Numbered from the whole stretch's first letter, positions 8,816-18,004 are shown. The stretch is 62,884 bases of DNA, filler included, from an uncultured bacterium (GCA_964609495.1; 13 parts of 13 records of this genome joined end to end with filler, not necessarily neighbours in it), one strand, 5' to 3'. The notes: generated by a model from the letters alone, not told the origin. Made by a program: numbers and translations.

Positions 8816-9892
8816 TTATCTACCATATTTTCTACCCTCATCGAGCATTATCAGATAGTTATCGACGGGGATATAGTTAGTGACCGAGTTCCCGCTTCCA
8901 AGACAGTATCCACCTCCAGGCTGGCAGATATCGAGCGTCTCTCGCACCCGCTTTCGAATGGCTTCCTCATCAGCCCGACAGAGAAAGTCAACGTCTATCC
9001 CTCCGATCACCGCTATCTTATCTCCGTATAATCTCTTAGCCTCAGTTACAGGTTCAATGGCATCCTCAAAGGAGTGTCTGCCATCGATCCCCGCCTCAAG
9101 TAAGGCCGGCATAACCGCCTTCAAATTGCCACAGCTATGGAGTATATTCATTCGCCCATTCTCGTGAGCTAACTCGGATACTTTCGCATGCCATGATATC
9201 GATTTCTCGATCAATATCTCAGGATCGATCATAGTTGCAGTCTTGAAACCCATATCATCACCGCCGAATAGCAACTTGATCCTATCGAATTGGAGTAAGA
9301 CCTTTATAAGCTCATAATGTGTAATCCCCACTTTTTTGAACATGGCATCTACTAGATCTGGATTATCGTATATCGCAAAGCAAAGTCCCTCATAGCTCAT
9401 TATCCAAGTGACCTGTTCAAAGAAGTTGTGGGCTCCAGCAATAAGACACATATCATCGGGAAGATTGCGGGAGAACCACTCTATTTCTGAGGTATCAGCT
9501 TTTCCTGGGTCTGGCCAAGGGTAGTTTTCAAAATCCTCCCAGGTTTGGATTGCTCCTACGTGTTCATCCGTCCAACTCCTTGTATCTCTTGTTTGCTCAG
9601 AGGGTGCTGTATCCTCAGCATTGATAATGTCCCGAGGAAATTTGATGTTACCCAAAACACAGTTAACATAGTCATAGCCGAGGAATCTTTGCAGATTTAT
9701 TTGGAGCTTGTGATAATACCAGGGATCGCTCGGATCGAGTTCTTTCGCCAGATCGAATCGCTCAACGATTACATCCTGTACCTCCTTATCCAAAAATAGC
9801 TCCATAAAGTGAACGCGTTCGGGAGTGCCTTCCCGGGCAAGGGTTTTCAAAAATTCTTCATAATCTGGTTTCACTTCAACATCGAAAAACAT
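8816..9892 (-). CDS. uroporphyrinogen decarboxylase (URO-D)/MtaA-CmuA family protein
   Basis: YPWPDP, GDDMG, LHSCGN, GGIDVD and GGYCLGSGNSV motifs. Confidence 0.85.
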   Translation of the reverse strand: MFFDVEVKPDYEEFLKTLAREGTPERVHFMELFLDKEVQDVIVERFDLAKELDPSDPWYYHKLQINLQRFLGYDYVNCVLGNIKFPRDIINAEDTAPSEQTRDTRSWTDEHVGAIQTWEDFENYPWPDPGKADTSEIEWFSRNLPDDMCLIAGAHNFFEQVTWIMSYEGLCFAIYDNPDLVDAMFKKVGITHYELIKVLLQFDRIKLLFGGDDMGFKTATMIDPEILIEKSISWHAKVSELAHENGRMNILHSCGNLKAVMPALLEAGIDGRHSFEDAIEPVTEAKRLYGDKIAVIGGIDVDFLCRADEEAIRKRVRETLDICQPGGGYCLGSGNSVTNYIPVDNYLIMLDEGRKYGR

Positions 9893-9966
9893 AAGTTACC
9901 TCCTTGCAATAGAAAATAGATTAAGCATCAGACCAATTCGATCTCTATCATCGAAAATCAATTATA

Positions 9967-9995
9967 ATTATAACAGTCTTCTTTCAGTCTGTCAA
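9967..9995 (-). promoter_or_regulatory. consensus sigma70 promoter for the URO-D gene
   Basis: Minus strand TTGACA-N17-TATAAT. Confidence 0.8.
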
Positions 9996-10010
9996 TAGCT
10001 TTGCTTACTC

Positions 10011-10082
10011 TAGATGCATATAAAATTGGGGATCAAAGTGATTTCAGATCGAATTATAATTCCCCCTCACCCTGGCCCTCTC
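10011..10082. repeat. left end of GATGCATATA-type composite repeat with start of a BoxC-like hairpin; contig ends inside it
   Basis: Nearly identical to 19891-19961. Confidence 0.85.
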
Positions 10083-10182
10083 NNNNNNNNNNNNNNNNNN
10101 NNNNNNNNNNNNNNNNNNNNNNNNNNTTAATTAATTAANNNNNNNNNNNNNNNNNNNNNNNNNNNNNNNNNNNNNNNNNNNN

Positions 10183-10350
10183 GGAGTAAAGGTGACCTTG
10201 AGCATAGGAGTAGAGGCTATTCTGCTAGATAAAGCTTCCTCTTCTGGCAGGGCTAAGGATGCCCAAGAATTGATAGAGCACGCTCTACATGCCTTGGAAG
10301 TGGCAGAGAAAGCTGGGGGGAGTAGGGTCTGCAAATTTATGGGATTTTAG
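10183..10350 (+). CDS. GGDEF-like domain C-terminal fragment
   Basis: GVKVTLSIGV...AQELIEHALHALEVAEKAGGSRV matches the GGDEF tail pattern VT.SIGV...AD.ALY.AK..G.NRV in degenerate form. Confidence 0.6.
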   Translation, partial: GVKVTLSIGVEAILLDKASSSGRAKDAQELIEHALHALEVAEKAGGSRVCKFMGF

Positions 10351-10379
10351 GTTGGATTCTGGAGGAGAAGTCTGAAAAA

Positions 10380-13300
10380 TCAGAGTTTCCAAGTGAATAT
10401 TTCCTCCTCATTCCCCTTCTCACCAACAATCATTTCTAGGGATATTTTATCTATCTTCTCGTTCTCGGGAATAGGAGGCGATAATATATAGCCCCTTCGA
10501 ACTCCTCCTGGTTCTATATCTCCCTCCTCAAAGGTCTTTCCTAGATCATGGATCACATCGAAGTAGAGAGAGGAGGATAGATATTCTCCTCCCGAACTGT
10601 CAATTAAGCTCAAGGACATCATTGGATATATATCAAATACCTCCTGAGAAATGTTTTTTATCGTAATATCAGCCCTAGTTGCTAAGTTAGTACCTCCTGC
10701 TTTAGTGGGATAGGAATAATTTATAGTTACACCCTCTAAGGTAACCTCCAGGTAATCCTTAGTTAGGATGGATTCTATCTCTATAACCTTCTGGTCTGCT
10801 ATAAGTTGGTCTTCTTCAACATCCAAAGTTTTACCAGATACTATTCGATCGAGGATCTCCTTAGGTTCCATCTCCGACACATAAGGGCTGACTTCCTCTG
10901 AGGCAGTCTCCATTCCTAGAGCTGAAGGGGGGAAGAATTGAGTGAGCCTATTTATTAACTCGCCCTTGTTCCAGAGCTCTACACCCTTGCTAGATGCTAG
11001 TTGAATTGCTCTTTCTGTGAAGTTTGAGGTAGATACCACTATAGCTTTATCACATTCATTTCTAGAGGAGAAATCTATCGCCTCGCTCACTTGCTCGTCA
11101 TCGATGAGCTTCTCTGGCTTAACTTTCTTTATGCTTATGGAAATTTTCTCTCCATCTTTAGAGGTTATTAGAGCCATTTCATCCAGGTCAAATTTAACAT
11201 CTTCTATACGGTAGTTGAGGAATTCGAAGAGATCTTGAATAGTGGTGTTGAATTCCTCTTCACTCATCGCCAGGAGTCGCTCTATATTTCTATCTTCCAC
11301 CACCGCTTTCCTTTGCTCTTCCTCAACTACTTCTTTCGGTTGGGCTTCGGCAATAGGTTCTTCCTCCCTAAGCTCTTCTTCGGGATATTCCTCTACCTCG
11401 AGCTTCCCCTCCATAAGCTCATGTTCAGGCTCATATTCCCCCTCTACTTCTCGGATCTCCTCTTCAGGAACACTGGGGAATAGATATCTATTTATCTCAT
11501 CCCGGAATCTTCGTCTCTCCCAAAGCTCTATCTCTTCATTCCCTGCCTCTTCCTTAGCAGTGGAATTGAATCTTGAGGTTGTGATCAAAATAGCTCGATC
11601 GCATCCATATAAGGTGAGAGCGGAGATGACATTCTGCACCGCGGACTCGTCAATTTCCTCTTGGCGATCAACTCTCCTTATAGCTCGAGCCAGAACCTTC
11701 TTTCCGATTATCTCATCTATCATTATCATATCGACTACTTTTTCTTCGGGGATATCAGTGCGCTGAACATCATATCTCATCAATCTGAATAGATCACCCA
11801 AGATATTTCCGAATTCGCTATCGTTCATTATGAGGAGGTCATCGACTGTATCTTTTCGCTCTGCCTCTTGGGCAGAGATAGCTTCCCTATCTCTCTTATT
11901 TATCTCCCCTCCTATTAATTGGGCAATCCCCTCCTCATCTAATCTGGCTACTCGATTCTCGGATAAGAGTCTAGCAAGAAAGGTAAGCAGATGATCCTCG
12001 ATCTTTTCAAAGATATCGACATAAGCCTGGATATATCTGGCAAGACCATCCTCGGGTTGAATTCGGGACCAAGTGAATAACTTATCCTTGAAGGCAAGGA
12101 AGTCTTTATCCTCCTCTACTACTTCCACTTCCCTAGTTTTGGTCTGTCCCATCGGAATACCGAAGAAACTATTAAACTTGGCTTCCAAATCAAGTTTATC
12201 CCAGAGGGCTACTTCTTCCTCCGAGGCGGCATCACGAGCCTCAGGCGTAAAAGAGGAGACACAGGATATGAAGATTATCTTATCGAAACCCAAAATCGAT
12301 TTCTTCGCGATTGCCTCTCTAATCGGCTCAGAGTCTATATCCTCGATACTTCTCTTGGCTTTAACCATAACTCTGGTATTATCCTTTTCTACTAAGCTCA
12401 ACTCTGCGGCTCTATCCTGGGCTATATCGGTTCGCTCCAGGTCGTATCCCATTATGCGAAAGATATCCCCCAAGAAAGCGGTAAACTCGTTATCTCTCAT
12501 CGATAGGAGAGTATTGGCGAACTCACCCTCGACGAGGGTAGGGGCCTCGGGTTGTTCAATCTCGCCAGTCTCACTCCTCTTTTCCTTCTCCTCCTCAATC
12601 ATCTGGGCTAACTTCTCAACGCTCAACTCAGCAACTTCGTTTTCAGCTAGGACTCTTAAGAGAAATTCTATCTTCTTCCCATCCTCCTCACCGAAGGTAT
12701 CTACATAAGCACTTATGTAGCGGGCTAGTCCATCTCCAGGGAGGAGCCTTCCTACCGAGAAAAGTTCTTCCCGAAAAGCGATGAACTCCAACTCAGACGG
12801 CTTTACCCGAACGGTCTCTCTGGTACCCTTCTCCTCCTGAGCGATAAGTTCCCTCTCTATCAACTCTTTTATAACGCTCTCATCCACCTTGATATTATTC
12901 CTCTCCAGAGTCTCCGTTAAGGATTTGACATTATTCAGAGTGGCTCTACCGAATTGACGAACAGCCTCTCTTATGTAAGTGTTCTGTATCTCCTCCAATT
13001 GAAGCTCGGTGGGGCGAGCGATCCCCTCTTCAACTTCCTTTATACCAAGTAGAATATCTCTGAGTTGAGGAGCAGCTATAGCTTGTTTATTGCTATAGCA
13101 TCGAGATCGGATAACGTTAAATCTGTATTCTTCTAGGACACTCTGATCAGCACGAGTAGAAGGTTGTTTTACCCGGCTAGTGACAGATATCCTTATCGTT
13201 ACTGGATGTTCGAATGTCACTTGGGTTATATCATCTCTATTCAAGAAGAGGTTAGCAGAGGGTTCCTTCTTATCAAGGTGAATGAGATGTCTATCGGTCA

Positions 13301-13880
13301 AGATAACAGCCCCTCTTATCTGGGAAGAGCCCTTAAACATATAAAGTGGTTCGTAGATATCTATTATCCTCTCCCCTTCCTCTAAAGCTGGCAGGGAGGG
13401 AGCAGGAGAATTCTTTTTCGAGCTGAGGAATGATGCTAGCGCTCCTAGTATGCAGAGGAGGGGAATAGCTAGAAGTAAATAATTGTCTCGGGGGAGGATA
13501 TTAAGGAACCAGGCCCCAAATGCTAGCAAGCCTATAACTATCAGAAGTGCACCAATGAGGATATTCTCCGAAGGACCACCCGTTGCTCGCTTTTTACTCC
13601 TTTCGGTCCACTTTTTGTATATATGTTCTAACTTGTGGCTTACCAACTGTGGCTGAGGGAAACCCTTTTTACAGGAAATACAATAAAGAAGGTTCTCTAC
13701 ATTTATTGAGGTGGTTTGTCCCTTCTTCTTCAAACCAGCCTTCACCTTTTCGGGTAACTTATCCCAACTCACCGTTGATCTTCCGCATTGAGGACATACC
13801 AAGGTTTCTCGTTTGCCTGTGCCATCTAACTCCGATATATATGTTACATCTTTAGATCTTCTTTCCGCCAATTTGACCAC
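10380..13880 (-). CDS. large membrane protein: Zn-ribbon, 2 TM, PH-like domain, repeated helical units, three degenerate Mrr-like domains, C-terminal Ig-like (DUF4352-like) domain
   Basis: CPQC/CISC; TMs at about aa 106-153; three M...EF...LF..(M/L).Y.....(K/R)AI...TS.F...A......VELW units at about aa 460-570, 684-800 and 871-982. Start is GTG. Confidence 0.75.
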   Translation of the reverse strand: MVKLAERRSKDVTYISELDGTGKRETLVCPQCGRSTVSWDKLPEKVKAGLKKKGQTTSINVENLLYCISCKKGFPQPQLVSHKLEHIYKKWTERSKKRATGGPSENILIGALLIVIGLLAFGAWFLNILPRDNYLLLAIPLLCILGALASFLSSKKNSPAPSLPALEEGERIIDIYEPLYMFKGSSQIRGAVILTDRHLIHLDKKEPSANLFLNRDDITQVTFEHPVTIRISVTSRVKQPSTRADQSVLEEYRFNVIRSRCYSNKQAIAAPQLRDILLGIKEVEEGIARPTELQLEEIQNTYIREAVRQFGRATLNNVKSLTETLERNNIKVDESVIKELIERELIAQEEKGTRETVRVKPSELEFIAFREELFSVGRLLPGDGLARYISAYVDTFGEEDGKKIEFLLRVLAENEVAELSVEKLAQMIEEEKEKRSETGEIEQPEAPTLVEGEFANTLLSMRDNEFTAFLGDIFRIMGYDLERTDIAQDRAAELSLVEKDNTRVMVKAKRSIEDIDSEPIREAIAKKSILGFDKIIFISCVSSFTPEARDAASEEEVALWDKLDLEAKFNSFFGIPMGQTKTREVEVVEEDKDFLAFKDKLFTWSRIQPEDGLARYIQAYVDIFEKIEDHLLTFLARLLSENRVARLDEEGIAQLIGGEINKRDREAISAQEAERKDTVDDLLIMNDSEFGNILGDLFRLMRYDVQRTDIPEEKVVDMIMIDEIIGKKVLARAIRRVDRQEEIDESAVQNVISALTLYGCDRAILITTSRFNSTAKEEAGNEEIELWERRRFRDEINRYLFPSVPEEEIREVEGEYEPEHELMEGKLEVEEYPEEELREEEPIAEAQPKEVVEEEQRKAVVEDRNIERLLAMSEEEFNTTIQDLFEFLNYRIEDVKFDLDEMALITSKDGEKISISIKKVKPEKLIDDEQVSEAIDFSSRNECDKAIVVSTSNFTERAIQLASSKGVELWNKGELINRLTQFFPPSALGMETASEEVSPYVSEMEPKEILDRIVSGKTLDVEEDQLIADQKVIEIESILTKDYLEVTLEGVTINYSYPTKAGGTNLATRADITIKNISQEVFDIYPMMSLSLIDSSGGEYLSSSLYFDVIHDLGKTFEEGDIEPGGVRRGYILSPPIPENEKIDKISLEMIVGEKGNEEEIFTWKL

Positions 13881-14067
13881 CTCACTGATGATACCAATAC
13901 TATCGAATATCCCAATATTAGTTTTGTATTATAGTATATTTCGAATTGTTCTTTTTAAGAGTAAGCAGTTATATTAGAAATCCGTAACAATATAAAAATC
14001 AAAGGTTGAAAGAACGAATATATCGAAAGGTAAGCTCTGATATAAGACTTTGTCGTATTATCTGCCC

Positions 14068-14090
14068 CTCCCAATCCCTTGGATTGGGAG
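14068..14090 (-). terminator. hairpin downstream of the bactofilin gene
   Basis: CTCCCAATCC-CTT-GGATTGGGAG. Confidence 0.55.
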
Positions 14091-14102
14091 TAAGGTGGCA
14101 TT

Positions 14103-14468
14103 TTAACTCCTACTAGTCTTCTCCTTAGCCAGAGGAGGAATATTACTCTTCTTCATCTCACTTCTTCCGGAGAAAACAGCCCCTCGAGCGATGGACAGAT
14201 TGGGGGTCTTTATATCTCCCTGGAGGCGACCGGTATTGTTGATCTCAAGTTTATTAAATGCCTCTATATTACCTTTAACCTCTCCTTCTAAGTAAACATC
14301 CCTTGCGAATACATCCGCCTCTAGCCTAGCCTCTTTATCTATGAAAAGTTCCGCTTCAACTCTTATTTCTCCTTCGAGCTTCCCCTTCACCCTCACCGGC
14401 TCCTTAGCGTCCATTATTCCTTTTAATTCAGTTCCCACTCCAATAATCGTTCCTCTCTCATCTGCCAT
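14103..14468 (-). CDS. bactofilin (polymer-forming cytoskeletal protein)
   Basis: TIIGVGTELKG...VRVKGKLEGEI...GEVKGNIEA...GRLQGDIKTPNLSIARGAVFSG beta-helix pattern. Confidence 0.92.
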   Translation of the reverse strand: MADERGTIIGVGTELKGIMDAKEPVRVKGKLEGEIRVEAELFIDKEARLEADVFARDVYLEGEVKGNIEAFNKLEINNTGRLQGDIKTPNLSIARGAVFSGRSEMKKSNIPPLAKEKTSRS

Positions 14469-14495
14469 AGCTCATCTCCCCCTTTGCCATAAAAT

Positions 14496-14921
14496 TCACT
14501 TTGACTTTTCTATCTCCCTAAGGGGAGGCTCTGTGGCTATCGCTATCCTCTCCGCTCCAGCCTCTCGAGCTATATCCATTATCCTCACAACCTTCCCGTG
14601 CAGGACGCTCTCATCAGCTTGAAGGATGACCAGTTTATCACCGCTCTTAGCTAATTCTTCAGCTAGTCTGGCCTCTAAATCCCTTCCTCTTGTCTCCTCA
14701 TTATTGACATAGATAGTATTATTCCTAGTGATGGTTACCACGATATTTCTACTCACCTCAGCCTTAGCAGTCTGGGAGGAAGGCAATTTTACATCCAGAG
14801 AAGCAACAGCGAAGGTTGTCGAGGCCAGGAAGAAGATGATCAATTGCAGAAACACATCAACCATAGGAATAATATTCACGTTTAAGACGGATATTTCTCT
14901 TTTACGTCTCCTAAAATTCAT
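14496..14921 (-). CDS. exbD: ExbD/TolR family biopolymer transport protein
   Basis: NIIPMVDVFLQLIIFF, LPSS, ADESVLHGKVVRIMD motifs. Confidence 0.92.
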   Translation of the reverse strand: MNFRRRKREISVLNVNIIPMVDVFLQLIIFFLASTTFAVASLDVKLPSSQTAKAEVSRNIVVTITRNNTIYVNNEETRGRDLEARLAEELAKSGDKLVILQADESVLHGKVVRIMDIAREAGAERIAIATEPPLREIEKSK

Positions 14922-14937
14922 ATCCCATCACACCTTA

Positions 14938-15082
14938 TAAGGAAACTTTTTAACCTTATATATTTTTGTCTGCAAAAGTTACCAGAACACTTTCCGCTCT
15001 ATTACCTGCAAAAGTTTCGCCACATGTAAACTTTGTGCTGGGGAATATGATTCTCCCCCTCACCCTATCCCTCTCCCACGAG
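14938..15082. repeat. repeat cluster: degenerate ~50-bp MITE copies, a module shared with 58292-58321, and a BoxC-like hairpin cut by the contig end
   Basis: TAAGGAAACTTTT...CAAAAGTT; CATGTAAACTTTGTGCTGGGGAATATGAT; CCCCCTCACCCTATCCCTCTCCCACGAG. Confidence 0.75.
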
Positions 15083-15182
15083 NNNNNNNNNNNNNNNNNN
15101 NNNNNNNNNNNNNNNNNNNNNNNNNNTTAATTAATTAANNNNNNNNNNNNNNNNNNNNNNNNNNNNNNNNNNNNNNNNNNNN

Positions 15183-16607
15183 ATAAAGCTCTCACCCTCC
15201 CTGGTGGGACCGATATTCACTTCTCTCGAATATCTAGTCGGTTATCCCTACGGTTGTGTGGAGCAGACGATGTCTCGCTTCCTGCCCGATGTCGTAGTAG
15301 ATCAGGTCGTCAAAGCTTTGGGGATCTCCAATCCTCACCTCGAGGAGTTACCAGCTATGGTCTCCTCGGGATTGCAGAGGCTCTACGCCTTTCAGCACGG
15401 CGATGGTGGTTGGGGCTGGTGGAAACGTGATGATACGAAGCCCTATATGACCGCTTATGTGATATATGGCTTGACCTTAGCCAGGGAGGCGGATTATCTA
15501 GTGGAGGAGAATGTTATCAAGCGCGGGATCATCTCTCTGCAAAATCAGTTGAAGAAGACCGAGGATCTTGATACGAGAGCCTTCATAATATATGCCTTAT
15601 CGCTCACCGATTCTCCTGCCCAAGAAGGGGCTCTGTATTTATATAGTTATACTAGCAGACTATCCGATTACGGAAAGGCCTTGCTAGCTATGAGCTTGCA
15701 AGAGATTCGTCCTGATCTATCGCAAGAGATACTAGAGCGATTGAGAAAAACAGCCATATCTGATTTAACTGGGGTTCACTGGGGTGCAGCTCTTCAGCGG
15801 TATCGTTGGATCGATAATAGTGTGGAAACTACCGCCTATATCCTTCAAGCCTTCCTTGAATTAGCACCTGAGGATGAGATAATCCCCGATATCATTCACT
15901 GGCTTGTCGCGAATAGAAGAAATGCTCATTGGGGCTCAACAAAGAATACCGCCGCGACGATCATCTCTCTGGCTAAATATCTGAGACAATCAGGAGAGCT
16001 ATCTCCCTCTTATAGCGTTGATCTTCTCTTAAATGGAGAGTTGCTTAGAACTATAAGAATCGAAGCTGAGGATTTGTATAAAGCGGGTCTGGAGTTAGCG
16101 ATCCCAGCCTCTCAACTCCTCAAAGGACATAACTCGGTGGGGTTGAAGATGAAGGGAACTGGGCGTCTCTATTACAGTTTAGATCTCGAATATCTCCTTC
16201 CTCAAGAGCATCTCGAGGCTTCTTCGCAGGGGATTAAAGTCAGCCGAGCCTATTCGAATCCCATCTCCAAGGTGGGAGAGACGACCAAAGTGACGCTGAT
16301 GATCGATGCTGAGAGCGATTATCGTTACGTGGTGATCGAGGATCGTCTCCCTAGTGGCTATGAGGTAGTAAATGTCTGGGGAGGTGTAGCCAAGTGGGAC
16401 TACTGGTATGTCCGCAATGATATAAGGGATACAAAGGTTGTATTCTTCGCCACCAATCTGCGGAAGGGGCTTCATCTCCTCGCTTACTCTCTGCGCGCTG
16501 AACTTCCCGGACATTATATAGCTCTTCCTGCCCAGGCGGAGATGATGTATGCACCTCATATCAGGGGAAATTCAGCCGAGAGCAAATTGCTTGTCGGGGA
16601 AGAATAG
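15183..16607 (+). CDS. bacterial alpha-2-macroglobulin family protein, C-terminal part (5'-truncated)
   Basis: Thioester motif YPYGCVEQT, QHGDGGWGWW, WGSTKNT, EDRLPSGYE and PAQAEMMYAP. Confidence 0.92.
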   Translation: MKLSPSLVGPIFTSLEYLVGYPYGCVEQTMSRFLPDVVVDQVVKALGISNPHLEELPAMVSSGLQRLYAFQHGDGGWGWWKRDDTKPYMTAYVIYGLTLAREADYLVEENVIKRGIISLQNQLKKTEDLDTRAFIIYALSLTDSPAQEGALYLYSYTSRLSDYGKALLAMSLQEIRPDLSQEILERLRKTAISDLTGVHWGAALQRYRWIDNSVETTAYILQAFLELAPEDEIIPDIIHWLVANRRNAHWGSTKNTAATIISLAKYLRQSGELSPSYSVDLLLNGELLRTIRIEAEDLYKAGLELAIPASQLLKGHNSVGLKMKGTGRLYYSLDLEYLLPQEHLEASSQGIKVSRAYSNPISKVGETTKVTLMIDAESDYRYVVIEDRLPSGYEVVNVWGGVAKWDYWYVRNDIRDTKVVFFATNLRKGLHLLAYSLRAELPGHYIALPAQAEMMYAPHIRGNSAESKLLVGEE

Positions 16608-16613
16608 ATACCG

Positions 16614-17318
16614 GTGAGAGTTGTAGCCATAAGTTTAACGATATTTCTATTCATTATGCCCTGGGCTTATTCTAGCTCGGGGCATGATGTTTGGACGCTT
16701 GATTTCTCCCCGGAGGATGAGGAATTAGCTGAGGCTGTGCTCAAATATGCAGAGGCAACCTATCAGTTAGTCAAGGATAAACTGGATTGGGATATGCAAT
16801 CAGTTACTATCCATCTGGCGCGTCCTCCTCGTGATGACTATAGCCGAGATTATGCCTCTCAGCGAGATAGAGCTTGGTTCGATCCTGTTATGCTTAAAGA
16901 TAAAGATCCTAGATTGCAATTTATGATTATCGCTCATGAGCTTATCCACAGCGCCACCCATCAGATAATGGGGATCACTGCGAAAGAGCTTCCAAATTGG
17001 CTCTATGAAGGACTCGCGGTCTATCTCTCTGGCTATGATCAAGATCTTGAGTTGAGGGGATTGAAGGAGGAGGGACTCCTTGTAGCTCTGCACACTTTGA
17101 GATACAGGGGAAGACCAAAAGGATTACGAGCTAAGCAGATATACGCTCAAGGATGGTATGCGGTAAAGCGCATTGAGGAGCTAAGGGGCTCTAAAACTAT
17201 AGGCGAGTTCCTTAAAATGGCGGGAGAATTAAACGATTGGAAGGAAGCCTTTCGAATAACGATCGGCCTCACCTTTGAGGAGTGGGAGGAGAAAATGGAT
17301 GAGGAGTTAAATTCATAG
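16614..17318 (+). CDS. secreted zincin (MA-clan) metallopeptidase-like protein
   Basis: Signal peptide; AHELIH...PNWLYEGLA gluzincin-type motif. Confidence 0.8.
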   Translation: MRVVAISLTIFLFIMPWAYSSSGHDVWTLDFSPEDEELAEAVLKYAEATYQLVKDKLDWDMQSVTIHLARPPRDDYSRDYASQRDRAWFDPVMLKDKDPRLQFMIIAHELIHSATHQIMGITAKELPNWLYEGLAVYLSGYDQDLELRGLKEEGLLVALHTLRYRGRPKGLRAKQIYAQGWYAVKRIEELRGSKTIGEFLKMAGELNDWKEAFRITIGLTFEEWEEKMDEELNS

Positions 17319-17663
17319 GATAGGCAAGCTACGGCTGAAATACCTTCTTATGAATTCCTTGACCGCCTCCTCGACCGAAGCGAAATACCATTCTTTATTA
17401 CGTCTGTTAGATATAATATATTGATAACCGGGAACTGTCTTCCTTATTCTTGCTTCACTCCCTTCCTCGAGGCGTCTCTCGATCCAGGCGGGGTTATAGC
17501 TCTCTGGGCCATCAAAGCCAAAGTGAGATAGTTCGCCATTGGTAAGACAGTCAGCGAGGTATTTCATCACTTCCTTACGGAGTTTATCTTTTGAGTCAGT
17601 ACAAAGTTTCTTAGTTCTCTCCGCATCTTCCGAGTGGTTCTCATAAATCCTGATCTCGAACAT
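17313..17663 (-). CDS. hypothetical protein (116 aa)
   Basis: GGGGAGGAG SD 7 nt before ATG 17663; no recognised motif. Confidence 0.6.
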   Translation of the reverse strand: MFEIRIYENHSEDAERTKKLCTDSKDKLRKEVMKYLADCLTNGELSHFGFDGPESYNPAWIERRLEEGSEARIRKTVPGYQYIISNRRNKEWYFASVEEAVKEFIRRYFSRSLPIL

Positions 17664-17772
17664 CGGCTTGCTCCTCCCCAGAGATCGCCTATAGATATGT
17701 CTGCTTGATAGCCCTAAAATGATTTCGTTCATATTGGATTCTGCGTGCTTAGCCAAGGTTTCAAATTTAAAT

Positions 17773-17877
17773 CACCCTCCCCTAACCCCTCCCATCGAGG
17801 GAGGGGAATAAGAAGAGCAGTCCTATCTGGCTGGATATTCCCTCTCCCCTCGTGGGAGAGGGATAGGGTGAGGGGGG
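17773..17877. repeat. BoxC/REP-like hairpin doublet (inverted pair)
   Basis: CACCCTCCCCTAACCCCTCCC-ATCGA-GGGAGGGG, ~30-nt spacer, then CCCTCTCCC-CTCGT-GGGAGAGGGATAGGGTGAGGGGGG. Confidence 0.9.
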
Positions 17878-18004
17878 AAATTATCTCTTTCACTCATTAG
17901 ATCAATCTAGCGCACCTTATGCGGATATGAGCGAATGATTTTATATGCCAGAAATAATGTGGTACAATTTATGTTTTAACTGAGCTATCCCTTCTTCACT
18001 CAGA

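Noticed and set aside
11017-12708. Long Ser-rich plus-strand ORFs (11242-11766, 12073-12708) and similar antisense ORFs throughout the window
   Set aside because: Shadow frames of Glu/Lys-rich genes on the opposite strand.
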